Positions 47,966 through 60,860 of a stretch of 64,000 nucleotides of DNA are shown one piece after another. Origin of the DNA: Lama guanicoe (Eukaryota); the NCBI GenBank assembly GCA_013239625.1, contig MU053557.1, forward strand, positions 5,653,842-5,717,841, read 5' to 3'. The notes beneath the pieces were generated by a model. The model was given only the letters and a program-made list of their open reading frames with translations, did not search any database and was not told where the DNA came from. The translations under genes and the position numbers were made by a program. Every line of letters starts with the position of its first letter. Within the stretch, counting starts at the first letter, position 1.

Positions 47966-50900
47966 TTAGCTTCTGGTGATCCAGTTTAGAGAACTGAAGA
48001 ATGAGGAGGCCAGTTAGTGGGGGAGTGGATGAGAGATGGCCTGGGGGTGAAGGCACAAGCAGGGCAGAGCCCCTCTAGGGAGGTTTGGGAAAGAACCTTT
48101 GTGCCTCTGCCCTTGGCTTCTGCCCCAGATTAGCGGGCTGGGACTGGATTCTGGACCCTGCCTTGCCCTCAGAGGACTTTGAGCCTATTGCTGTAATGTC
48201 ATTTAGAGACCGCATGTGCTTGTGAGTGTTTTTCTTTTGCCAGGTTGTAACTGGTGCATCACAATGAACCCAGTAAAAAGGGAAATTAGCCGATTTGCAT
48301 TTGTTTGCAGAAGCTATTATCTTCTCTGTGTGAGGATTCTGAAGATCTTTCACCCTCCATCCAAGTGTTCTCTTGGTCAAGTTGAACCCTCCAGGGACTT
48401 GGAAGAAGGTGGGCGGGTGGTCTGAAATTTTGTTTAGCTGCAGCCCTGCCCTTGGGCCGGCTGGGAGGATCTCCCACAGGTTGGCCAAACCTCCATTTTC
48501 TCATCTCACATGGGGGTGAAGAATCTCCGCTGTGAAAACCTGTCAGGACTGCTGGGGAGTCCCCAGGAATTGGTTTACAGAGTGGGAAAATGCTTTATAA
48601 AACACAGGAAGAGTGCTGTGTGCGAAAGGGATTGTGCAGCTGAGTCCTTGGCCCAGACGGCTCCAGGGAGTGAGGGATGGGCTGGGAAGGCGTGACACAC
48701 ATCCTTGGGATCTGCCTGAAACAGGAAACCTGGCCCCGGAGTTGGGACTGCTTTGGAACGCAGCTGCAAGTGCTCTTCAAAGAGCAGCAGTGTAGATGAA
48801 GGTGGGGGTATGGCGGGGAAGGGTGGGGAGGGAGCCCTGTGGGTGTGAGGGAACGGGGCGTGGAACTCGGCGGTCTTGCATAGTCTGTGGACTCGTTGCC
48901 CCTGGGCACTGGGAGGTGGGGTAAACCGTGGCAAGAACTTAGCCTTTGAGTTGGGTGGACCTAGATTTGAAACCTCCTCTGCCACTCCTGTCTGGGTGAC
49001 CTTGGGGAAGTCGCTTCACCTCCCTGAGGTGCAGCTGTCTCGGCTGCAGAGTAAATGGAAAGCAGGTAGCATGACCAGAGTAAGAGAGTAATTGCTGTTA
49101 ATTGCTCTTATCCCCCGCCTCAGTCTTTGGTAGCTTTCCAGAACAATCTGTATCCATTGTCCGTCTGAAGCATGGGTTGCCTGCCCATTTCAGACTTTCC
49201 CCCTTCATTTGTTGAACAGATATCAAGCTCTGCCAGGGAGCAGATAGTCTCTGTCCTTGAAGAACTCTGTGTGTATGTGTGTGTGCGTGAGAGAGAGAGG
49301 AGAGGAAACTGTTACACCATGTGGTCAATGCTATAATTACGGTGACCATGTTCTCCAAACCACAAATCAGATCACGTGGTCTGACAGAGGCTATTTTCTG
49401 CCTCCACTGAAGTCCAAACATGAAATCACATGTAGTTACACATTCATCGAATCACCTTTTACTTTTTTAAAGAAGCAAATGACATGGAATTTGGATTCTT
49501 TGTGACACATTCCGCTGTAGTCCCAGAAAATCACTCAAGCCATGACCAAGTCCCATACAGAGCCCTGGCAGGAGCAGGAAGGCTTCCCGGGTGAGGTGCT
49601 GCTTACCTGGGGCCTTGAAGACTGAATAGGAGGTCTTCAGGCAGGGGAAGAGCGGGTGGCCTTACTGCGTTTGGAACAGGACCTACCCTTCCTACTCTAT
49701 AGACGACCCTGCCGGGAACTGGGGATGCCGGCTAAAGTAGACAACAGTGTCTGTTTTTAGTTACTTTTCACTTTCATGTTCCAAAGACTTCCTGGGAAAC
49801 AGAATTGTTACAGGCCAGTATCACAGCACGGTTACATTGCATCGTATCTTCTGATACATTTACATGTCTGTCTCTGCAGTAGACTACACATTCCTGGAGG
49901 ACAGGGGCCACATCTGTCCTGACCATCTCTGTGTCTGTCTACTCCCTCTCCCCCACCAGGATGGTGTGAGGAAGACTGTAGGAGAGGTACTAATCAATGT
50001 CAAATGAATAAAGGAATGAAGTGCCATGGATGGGCATTTTGTAGGGAGACAGTGTTCTGTGTTTTGTGATGAATCCATTGACTTTCATTTTATATGTTTA
50101 GTTAGCAAATTTGTACTGGTTGCCTGCCCTGTGCCTGGCACTGTGTGGGGCTCCGGGACTCAGTTGTGTCTGTGACCAATACGGTCCTGTCCACACACAG
50201 CTTACAGTTTAGAGAGGCAGCTGACAAATAACTATAAGCGTGATGGAGGGAGATTGTGACATGTAGACCAGGAAGTGGTCTGGGTCAGGGGCACAGGGGA
50301 AGCCCGAGGAGGAAATGAAATTTAACCTGATGCCCAAAGGATCACAAATAATCATTTTGCTAACACTTTAATAATGCTTATCATATGATAGACGCCACTC
50401 TGAGGGCTTTACATGTTTAACTCATTTAATTCTCACAATGCCTCTATGAAGTACAGGCTATTATTATCCCAGTTTAGAGATGAACACAGAGAGGTTGAAA
50501 AACTGATCCACGGTCACACAACTTGTCAGCGGCAGAACTGGCATTCAGACCCAGGCAATCCACAATTTTAATGGGGAATTAGGTAAAGGGGAAAGTGGTG
50601 CAAGCCATTTCAAGACAAGAGATAGGCTGGACAAAAAGGTGGAGAATTTATCTTGAGAGCAATGGGAAGCCATTGGTGGTTTTAAGTAAGAAATAAGCTT
50701 TTTGATGTTGTATGAGAGGAGACAGAGTGGGAGGGAGGCAGAGCAGTTAAGGGGCTGTTAACATGGGCCAAGGCAAAGACAAGATGGTGGCTTGGACTAG
50801 GGTGGTAGTGATGAAGAGGAAGGAATGGGATTGGGTTAGAGAAGAAAAAACTGGAGGCAGAACCAATAGAACTGGTCTGTGAATGCAATGCGGTGGGGAC

Positions 50901-53389
50901 AAGGAGCTGGTGTCAGATTTCTGGGCTAGGCATATGAATTGAACACACAGGAGGAGGGGGAGAAGCAGGTTTGGGTGGAAGATAATGAGTTCAGCCTTTG
51001 ACTTACAGAATTGGATAAAACGAACCTTGGGGCAGCCAAGGAGCATGTCAAGTGGGCAGTGGTGGGGGACACAAGCTGAGGGGGAGGTGTGGGCACGGGG
51101 AGTTGCCAGCACAAAGCTCTGGGAGATGTGGGTGGGTCCTGAGGGGATGGAGGAGCAGGGCATCTTGACAGTCTTCCTCAGAACCTCCCAGGGTACGGTT
51201 AGAAATGCAGGTCCTCAGCTTCACCTAGACCCATGGAGGCCAGTTCCCTGCGTAGGACCTGGGCCTCGCATTTTACAGGCTTTCTGGATGACAGTGAGCT
51301 GGAGGGCCTTGAACCCAACTTGGTGAACAGCAACTCTGAAGACTTGAAAAAAGCAGGAAGAGCTGTCAGTGATGGGGAGTTACCCCAGCTCACAGCTGCC
51401 CCTTAAAGGCTTTGGATCTGCATCTCGATTGGTGAGATGCTGGCTCTCACTCAGCTTGGGGAGGAGGACTGGCCTCTGTTCCCCTCGACCCTCCCACAGC
51501 AGGGCTTTTACTACCTCACCTGCTTACAGCCTTCTCACTCCACCTGGCCCTCGGATGTCCCTTCCATTGGGCCCCTCATAGAAGGTCACCCATAATCCGC
51601 TCCTAACCCACCTCTCCAGTTTTCTTGCTCATTCTTTCCTTCCTGCTTCCTCCACCCCTTCCCGCCCCACCCCCACTCCCCCATGCAACACTCAGCTTTT
51701 CCTGAATGCTTTCCATGCGGCTGTAACAGGTTGTTCCTTGTACTGGGAATGTCCATTTCCCCTCACCGCCTCCCCCCCACCCCCATCCTGCCCTGTCCCT
51801 TGAGATCCTGCCTCCTCTCGAAGTTCCCTTGTTCTGCTCCCCTCTTATTGTGGGCCAGAGCACTTACCCTGGGTGTCCCCAACAGGCCCACAATTCAGGC
51901 AGCCTCCAGACACAGGGAGGGACATGCAGATCATCTCCAAACATACCCAGACTTCTTGAGAGTGCAGACCTAGGTCTCTTTCAACCCTGTACCTCTGTTG
52001 CCAAGAGCACAGTGCCTAGCACAGAGAAGATGCTCACAGGATCTCATGTGAATGGAAATGGTCTCCCAAGCAGCAATTAGCATGAGTAAGAGTCTAGGGG
52101 CTTGTTTAACCTGCCTATGACCCAGACAATATGCAAGGACTTAGGTTGTTGATCACAGGAACATAGACTATAAAGGAGAGTTTGCCGGTGGATGATGATT
52201 TCCTGGCCAAACTGGTGGCTTGGCTGGAGTATGCATTAGGAAGTCACAAGCTTATCTTTGAACATGGCCTGTAGTTTGGGCCTGTGGTCACCATCCTTCG
52301 GCTCAGTCCTGGTGACTACACTTCATCCAAAGCTGTCACATGGGCATGCCTGGGAATCTGGGGCCAGCTCCCATCCCCTGGCATCATACCTTGCTCAGGC
52401 CTCAGCATCTGTCCCCCTCTGAGACATGAGTGGGCTGCCTGGAAGCCCCTTCCTCCCTAGCACAAGGAGGTTACCCTTTAGGGGAATTGGGATGAGTCTG
52501 TCCTACCCTCATGTGTCAAGTTTGGCTTCTCTATCCCCCTTGGCTCTGCTTTGGTTACTGTTTGTTTGTTTGTTTGTTTTTTAAACTTTGCTCCTACCGT
52601 TAGATGATCTTGAGCTTCTGCCCCGGGGTGCTTGCTGCACGCCCCGCTGGCCGCCTGGGCCTTCTGAGCAGGCAAGTCCTTAGGAAACTAACAATCCACT
52701 GTTTTCCAAATTTGCTCCAGCCTCACCCCAGGCCCAGAGTCAGGATCTCTAGGGGTGGGACCTGGTGATCTACATCATTAGCAAGCTCCTTATGGCTCAC
52801 TAATCAACCAATCAACTAATGACCCAGTCCCTCATTTTACAGGCTGGCTCATGGATGGCAAAATGCTCCACCTGGAACAGTCAGATCTGAGGCTGGGGCT
52901 CTCAGCCACTTAAGAGACTCCCAGAAATCATTTCTTCTCCCTGGGCCTCGTTTTCCTCATCTGTTTAATGAGGATGACCACTGTACTCTTGCCTAATTCG
53001 CGGGGTCCTTGAGATGGTTGAAATAACACTGGGGGTGGGAAACTGAGGCTCAGCGGGAGGAGAGATTTGCACAATGCCATCCACCTCTTCATCTGCCTGT
53101 TATGTGCCAGGCACTGGGGATTCAGCTGGGAACAACTTGTTGGGGGAGATGGCATTCTAGTAAACAATGAAACCAGTAAATGAACCAGATAATCACGGTA
53201 AAGGAAATAAAGGGGTTTTCGAGAGTCAGGGCAAAGGGGTGAGGGGTGCCAGGAAGGCCTGCCCAGGAGGAGTCACTGCAGCAGACTTGGCTGTTGGGGA
53301 GCCCGCTGAAGAGGCCTGGACGGTTGTCATAAGCCCAGTGGCGGTAGAGCCAGGAGGCCCCCTCAGGCCGGCCAGGGTGCTCCCAGAGA

Positions 53390-54760
53390 CCTCAGTGGCG
53401 CGGCGGGCGCGGGTCTTTGTCTCCCTGGTTCTCTCTGAAGCCTCTTAGACCCCCAGCGCTGTTCCCTGTTTGACCCCGAATAACTTGTTGGCCTCCCCGG
53501 GGCTTTGTTTCCCCGGGGTCACCACCTCCGGGACTCCAGGCAGCCGCCCCGGGCCCTCGTGGGTCCCACATCTGACACCCCCCTCCGGCCCCCGCCCCCT
53601 ACCCGCTCCGAGACTGGGGTCAAAGGCAGCCCGCGTCACGTGGTCGCCGAGCAGCACCGAATCGGCCGGGAGAGCCGAGGGAGAATCCGGGTGGAAGCCG
53701 AGAAATCCAGCCCCGATAGCAGCTCCTGGTCCCGCCCCGGCCCCCGCCCCGGGGTGCTCGCCGAACGCCCGCCGGCCGCCTGGGCCTCCCGAGCAGATCT
53801 ACGGCCGGCACCCACGCTCCGTCACGAGATCGAACCCCGCTTCCACCGCAGCGATTCGGGGAGGTAGGCGCCGGAGCAGGAGGGGGTAAGGAGAGATGGG
53901 CTGGGGGCCCCTCGGCGCGCGGGTTCGCCCCTCTGTGCTCCGCGGGCCCGCGGTGGGCAAGGCGCAGCGCCCCAACTTCCAGCCTTCGGGGAGACCCCCG
54001 CCGCCTGCTGCGGGATAGGGGGTGGCTGCGCGCTGCCCCAGAGCAGTGCCGGGGGCTGGGGCTGGGGGCTGGGCGCCGGGAGAGGGGAGGGGGAGGAGAG
54101 CGAGCGAGCGGGAGGCGGGGCGGGCGGCGGCAGCGGCGGCTGCGGCGCGGAGCGGGGGTGGGAGAGGCGGGAGGCGGCCGCGAAGGGGTTAACCTCGGCC
54201 CCGGCCAGTGCCCAGCGGCGCACGCACGCCCGGGGGGACCCAGGCGTCCGGCGGCTGGCCGGGAGCGCCCCCTCCCCGGGTGGCGCTCCAGCCGCGGCAG
54301 GTAAGAGGCTGGGAGGGCCGGGGCCGGCCAGTCCCCTGTTGCCGAGCCGGCGGGGCCCGAGCCGGGCGTGCAGGCCGCACGGGGCCCAATCGGCCGCCGG
54401 CGCAAGTTTGGTGCGGGCGGGCGCCGGGCGGGCCGGGAGAATCTGCCCGGCCCCGCGCACCGGGGTGGGAGGACAAAGGGGTGGGGGACCGCGCGGGGGC
54501 CGGGGGCAGGCCGGGGTGCCGGCGAGGGCAGCGCGGCAGCTGTAGGTCACGGATAATGTCACTCACGAGGAATGCCCCCTCCCCCTCCCCTACTCCCGAA
54601 CAGGGGAAACTTTTGTCTGGCGAGGGAGGGGGTTAGAGGCCGGGTCCCCGCTTCGGGAAGGGTAAGGCAGCCGGACCGGTTTTCTCTGGGCTGTGATCGG
54701 CCCGGTCTCTAACTCCCCTCCTCCCTCAGGTTCTCGGAGCAACGATCCCCGGCTTTGAAC
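53390..54760. promoter_or_regulatory. CpG-island promoter, probably NDST1
   Basis: Very high GC and CpG density, several GC boxes, E-box GTCACGTGGT 53635-53644; gene identity rests on CD74-RPS14-NDST1 synteny. Confidence 0.85.
54095..54300 (+). other. NDST1: Probable non-coding first exon of NDST1 (start approximate)
   Basis: GC-rich ATG-free segment ending in a near-consensus donor CAG|GTAAGA at 54300/54301; assignment by synteny only. Confidence 0.65.
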
Positions 54761-57700
54761 GCTGATCTTTAACACTTTGGGAAGGGGTAAGGAGGGGGAG
54801 TATGTGGACGCGTGGGCCCTAGGAGAGATTGAGAAACTGGGGACTGGCCTCCTGCTTCTTTCCCAGATTCAGGCACCCGGGTCAGCTAGGAGCCATGCTA
54901 GACCCAGGAGTTACAGAGCCCCACCATCACGCCCTGGTGCTGTACTCTTGCCCCCAAAGCATTCGGAGTAGCCTGGGGCATTATTGTCCCTGATCTGAGG
55001 TTCAGACTGACCTGGGTGTCTGTCAGCTCTGTAACTTTGGGATCGGCCCTTACCTTCTCCTAGCCTCAGTTTCCTTGCCTGTAAAATGGGCAATTTATAG
55101 TATCTGCCAGAATATGGATGAAACGAGAACCTGTGGTACCTTAGTTAATTGTGGCAAGCTTATATTCAACAAGTATTTGTTGAATGTTTACTATGTGCCA
55201 GGCCCTGGGCTAATTGCTTTACATACATTATCTCATTTAATTCTCCCACATTACTATTAGCAGCATTTTACAGATGGGGATACTGAGGCACAGAATCCTA
55301 AAGGTCACACAGGTGTGAAGAAGTAGAGCTTGGATTTGACTCCCCTCCCCCAGCCTGAATCTCAACTACAGGGCTCTATAAGATCTTGCTGTGACTGAGT
55401 TCATGGTATCATTTTCCGTAGAAATTATGAGGACACCAGCCCCTCTTCCCTTGACCGTTACCCCCAAGTGATGCTCCTTCTGCCTGGTACTGGTGCGGAC
55501 TGAGGTCTTGTGCCCTGGCTCTTGTTACTGCTGGGCCTGGAGCTCCCTGATGGTCCAAGTTCTGTTGCTGCCTAGGTTTGCGACAGGAGTGCTCTCCCAG
55601 TGTGAGTGGTGCAGGGAGGAGCTCTCCTTGGCTCCTGCTGGGGACAGCTGGTGACTTTGTCAACAGGCTTCTCTCCAGCACCCAGGGGACCGCAGAGCCT
55701 TTCAACTCCATTCAGACCAGGTCACTTTCAGATCAGCAGGGGGCAGAGGTAGGACCAGAAGTGGAGCCCTTGGGGCAATGGGAGACATAAGGCCAAGGGA
55801 TTCATATTCCTGACGTCCTCTTATCTGACTCATCTGCAGGGTCCTCATTGCTAAAGTAATGGGCTGACCTAGGTGCTGCAGCACCAAGGGTCCTTGAGGA
55901 CAGTAATGAAGGGTGGACTGTGAGCCACTGTCCTGATTGCAGAATCCTCATGGAAAATGTATGTGTATATGGGTTTCTGCGCCTAGGGCACACTGTAGGC
56001 CCTCAGTAAGTAGTCCAGGAGTGAATGTGGGGTGGCCCAGACTTTCATTTGCCTTAGTGCCCTGTACTGGCCCAGTCTTTTGGTGGGGGTATTATCTCAT
56101 GATTGTGAATCAGGCTCTGAGTGGGGGTCTTGAGTAATTTCTTTAAAAATGGAGAACAAATTTCTAGTTAGCAAATGACATCTTAAAACAATGGAATGGG
56201 AACAGATAATGAAAGACATTTTCAGGATAGGAAAGTTTGTGCATTATTACTATTCTGACTGCTCCGAGGGCTACTCCAGCACTGCGTCTGGGATTTGCAG
56301 TGTCTGTAGGCTTTTCCTGGGCCCTGAGAATAGGGGGCCCTCCTGGGCTGACAGTTCACTGTCAGCTTTTAGGAACAAGAGTGGAAATTCCACTACTTAG
56401 CTGGACTTTGAGGGGACTCAGAAATGTGGGGCATTGAGTGGAGGGGCTGAAAGGAGTCCTGAGGGGTGGGATGACCCTTGGCATGCGGTTGTATTCTCCT
56501 GGTCTTTATGATCAGAGCAAGAGAATCAACAGGTGAAGGGAGGAGGAGCCAGCAAGTATGAAAACATGGAGAGTGAGTCTCCTATCACAAGGGGGTAAGC
56601 AAAGAGCAGTATTACAGTCACAAGTTGAGGATGTGGTTAAGAGTATGAAATCATAGGCTGGGGGTTGACCTAGGGGCCAGCTGAGAAACTCTGCATGTGA
56701 AAAACTTAGAAATGGACTCTGGTCTCAGCAGCCCAGAGCTCTTTCTGCCCTGAGCTTTGGACCTGCTTGACCTGTCTTTCATACTTTGGGGTCAAAGCCA
56801 GGCCTGCAAGTCCCTAGAGACTGGGCAGACTTCTACTGGCTTGGAATTTGGTTTTGGGTATGGCTTGAAATATCTGGACTGTTTACAGGACTTGGACATT
56901 CTTTACTTGAAATGGAACGTTAGGGTAATTTGTTAAATATGTATGGAGAATCTCTGTGGACGAGGGTGAAGGGGAAATGAAATGGGATGAAGTGCTGCTG
57001 GTTTCTGACTGGAGAGGCTGCTAATCTGATGGGGGAGGGAAGGCGAGCATCAAGTGATGGCGAAGAGGCAGGATGTGATCAGTGATAGATGGGCTTTGGA
57101 AGGTCAGTGGAGGGGAAAAGCTCCTCTGGTTGTTAATGTCGGCAGGGCTTCCTGAGGGAGGAAGTGTTTGTGAGGGTGCAGGCAGTGGGAAGGGGGGCAG
57201 TGGGAGGCGAGATCGGGCGGTGGGGAGCTTGCAGTATCCTGCTCAGGAGTTTGGATTTTATTCTGTGGCTGGTGGAGAGGACAGAGGGCTGTCAGCAGCT
57301 GGTTGAGTCGATGCTTGTTACTCTGTCTTGTGCCAGGCTCCTTACAGACGCTCCATTGAAATCTCACAATACTTCTGTAAAATAGCTGCTGTTGCTGGTC
57401 ACCCCCTGCCCCACCACACTGTCACACGGGGAAGTGGAAGCTCAGAGGGGCTGAGTCACTTGCAGAACTGGGTTCGAACCCAGGCTTGAAGTGTTTCTGC
57501 CCTATTGTGCTGCTCCTCCCGGGTCTTTTGGCCAGAGATGGTGGTAAGACTGATAGGGTTGAGACCAGCTCAGAGATGATGCTAATTGTGGTCCAGCAGA
57601 AATTTGACCGAAGTCTGACTCAGGGCATGGGACCGAGAGGGAAGAGGAGGGAGGTTACCAGACTTTGTAGGTGCCTTGGGGATGGGGTCATCACAGATAA

Positions 57701-60650
57701 TCTAAGGCTTGGGGACGGACCCTTAAGTGGCAGCGTCACTACTTTCAGTTCCCTGCAGGGCTCTCTTTGGGCAGAGGGCATAGTCTTGTCCTGTGTGGCT
57801 CTGAAGGGCAGAGGTAGCACCAAGGGTGACAGAGAAGCTAACAGGAGAATAAGCTGCCCACGGAGGCAGCAAGGTCCCCATCGCCGAACGTATGCAAAGA
57901 GGCAGGAGGGTTGGCAGGTACTGGAGGGCCAGGCCTGGGTGACCTCTTTCAGTTCCCTTTTTGCCTGAGAATCTCAGCTTTTGGGGTAGTGGTTGGCCCA
58001 CTTCTGTTTCTCTCAAAGCTTTTCAGAGCTGCCCCCTCCTGTGCATCTCCAGAAGTTCCCCATACATGCCCTGCCTACAGTGCTCTGCCTGGGAGAACCC
58101 TTGCTCCGTGGAAAACACTCAGCCCCACTGACCTTTGAGAGACTCTCAGAATGTCTGAATCGGGTTTCACAGAGGACTGGAACCTTCCCGCTTTCCTTTC
58201 TGTGAAACGGATTCAGTCTCTCTTTCCTCAAACGTGAGGAAGTAAGGCTGAATCATGAATCAGGCTCAGTCATCAGGAGTTGGAGGAAAGGGCTGGTGGG
58301 TTTGAAAGTGAGGAGTGGGAGGGTTGGGGTGCATCAGGTCGTGGAGGGGTCAGGGGTATCTCCCTCCTTCCCCTCATTAGAGGTTAAAAGCAAGGTCTCC
58401 TGGCCTTAGGGGTCTCCTGCTGGTGGCATTGTCACAAAGCTCTGCCTGTCAGCTTCAGCTTGGAGGTTTGGAGCTTGGTGGAAGGGGTAAATGTGGATGT
58501 CTTGGACTGTGTGGCCTCATGGCCAAAGCCAGTCTGTCACCAAAGGAGTCACAGAGGGCTCTGAAGCTCTTATCTAGATGAAGATGGGTTTGTGTCAAGT
58601 TGCCTCCTGGAGCTTTTTATTCCTGTCTATTTTACTTTTTGATACAGGTTGGATTGCAAATGAACATTTATGTTTGAGGGCAAGATGTGGGAGATGACCT
58701 GTGATGTAACCTCAGTGCCCCACCTCCTAATCCCCGTCCACCCTGACAGAACCCGCCTCTTTTCCCTCCCTGTGTGTGCCTATCGCTTCTGGCTTCCACA
58801 TTTCTGCTGGCAGTGAGGATGCTGCGCCCCAGTCACTTCCCCACATCCACCCCCAGATTCTCCCCTGCCAGTGCCCAGCTCCACTGTGACCTCTTCCTAA
58901 TTCCGCAGAGCTGGCACTGCCTGATCCCTGCTCTCCATGTGCAGGGCCTGCTATCTGGGTCTCTGCGGGGCCCTTCACACACCTGGCTTTGAGTTCTGAC
59001 TCCTTCAGGACGAGTCCCATCTCCTCTAGGCTCCGTTCTCTGGAGGCAGTGTCTGCGAGTGGGCCATTTCTGCCCCACGGCGGGTGGGCAGCATTGCAGA
59101 GTGGAGTCCGAGTTCCTGGGTTCACATTCCAACTCTGCCACCACTAGCTGTGGGATCTAGATCAAATCACCTAAGCCTCTCTGGGCGCTGTTTTCCTCCA
59201 CTGGAAAACGAGAATGGTAGTAATTCTGTTTCGCTAGGGAGGTTGAGCACATCAGTGCCTGACCCCTGGTGAGAGCCCCGCAAGTAGGAGCTGTGCGAGG
59301 AGAACAATGGTTATCATAATTACTGTTTATGCCTAGGAGATGGTCTGTCTTTTGAGAGATGGAGGGAAGAATCTCCGGAGTTTGAGTTTTTAGACTTTCT
59401 CTCTAATGACTTGAGGAGGCTCGTATGATAAGGAAACTGAGACCAGGAGAGAGAGGGCAGTTTGTGTGCGGTGTGGGAACTGCCCACCTTAGCCAGGAAG
59501 CCTGGCAGAATTTCCTCTCTCGGTTACACCTGTTTTTTGTCTTCTCTTCTTTCATCAGGGTTAACGTGCTCAAGTTCTCTAGTTGCAGCATCCTCCCTGG
59601 TGTCCACGTTGAGGAGTATCTAAAATTTATGCTGGATAAGTTGACCTGGCTGGCAAGTGCTGTGGCTGCCCTCACGCCCAGGGACCTGTACCCCAGGCTG
59701 TGTGCACTGTGGGCTGCAGCCTCCAGGGGCCTCCCGACCAGCCTCCCTGTGCTCCGGGAAGGGGGAAAGGATGGTGGCAGGGAGAAGTGACCTGGGCTAG
59801 GTCTTGAGACAGGTGACTAGGACACAGATAGAGGAGAGGCTGGGAGCTAGGCTCTGGAGCAGGATGGTCTGGGTTCAAATCTCTGCTGGACCACCTCTTG
59901 CTTGTGTTTTAGTTTCTTCCTCTTTGTGAAGGGGTAATAATTGTCCGCATCTCTCGGCATTTAGAAAGGGAAGGTGCTTAACCACAAGCTCAGTCCACGT
60001 TAGTTATGGTTGGCGCTGTAGTTGATCACGTAGTTAACGACTCAGGAGCTCGTTTTAATCCTCCCAATAGCAGTGGGAGATGCGCACTGTTGTCACCCCC
60101 TTTTAAGATCCAGCGAGGTGGACAGCTTGGCCTGGAGTGGTTCAGACTTGGAGGGGTTACCATCAGGGTCTGGTGGTGTCTGAGGGGCCGCTCTAGTCAG
60201 ATGAAGCTGAATTGTTCTGTGAGGCACTGGAAACAAGGAGACCATCAGAGCTGGCCAAGGTGGAAGTGGTTATGTCTGCAGGTGCTTGTGTGCTTGCGAA
60301 GTGGTGGGGACTCGGCCCCGTTCAGACCTGAGGTCTGGCTCCGTGAGGCGGGGCGTGGATTCACCTCACCCCTGGGCCGGCCAAGGATCGGCCTGTCCGG
60401 GCAGGTCTAGGGTGGCGGTCGGTGGAGGTTTGCTGGAGTTATTACGCAGCCATCACTGATTTGTGCTACCTGCCCAGGCAGAGGCCAGGTGAGGAGAAAT
60501 GAATGTCATGGCAGGGCCTTCATTCAGGCTGCACCCTCTGCCTGGATCCCCTGCTCTCCTTACTCCAGGGCAGCTCCTGCTTGGCCATTGACAGGAGTGT
60601 TAGCATCACCTATTCACAAAAGCTCTCCTTGATTCACCTGCAGGTTAAGT

Positions 60651-60860
60651 CAGTGGTTCTGAGGAGAGGAGAGGGGAGGAGAGGAAAGTTGGTCTCTGGA
60701 CCTGCAGCATCAGCATTAGCTGGGAACTTACTAGAAATGCTAATTGTCCAGCCCCACCCAAAACCTCCTGAATCAGAAACTGGGGGTTGAGGGGGATCCA
60801 GCAATCTGTTTTAAGTTCTTCAGGTGATTCTAATGCATACTACAGTTCCAGAAACGCTTG
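60651..60860. mobile_element. MER5A-like hAT MITE
   Basis: cagtggttct...gcagcatcagcattagctgggaacttactagaaatgc...ctgaatcagaaactggggg...caggtgattctaatgcatac. Confidence 0.78.

Noticed and set aside
53470..54636. Overlapping long Pro/Arg/Gly/Ala-rich ORFs (up to 261 aa)
   Set aside because: Expected from stop-codon scarcity in a CpG island; they occur on both strands with no recognisable domain.
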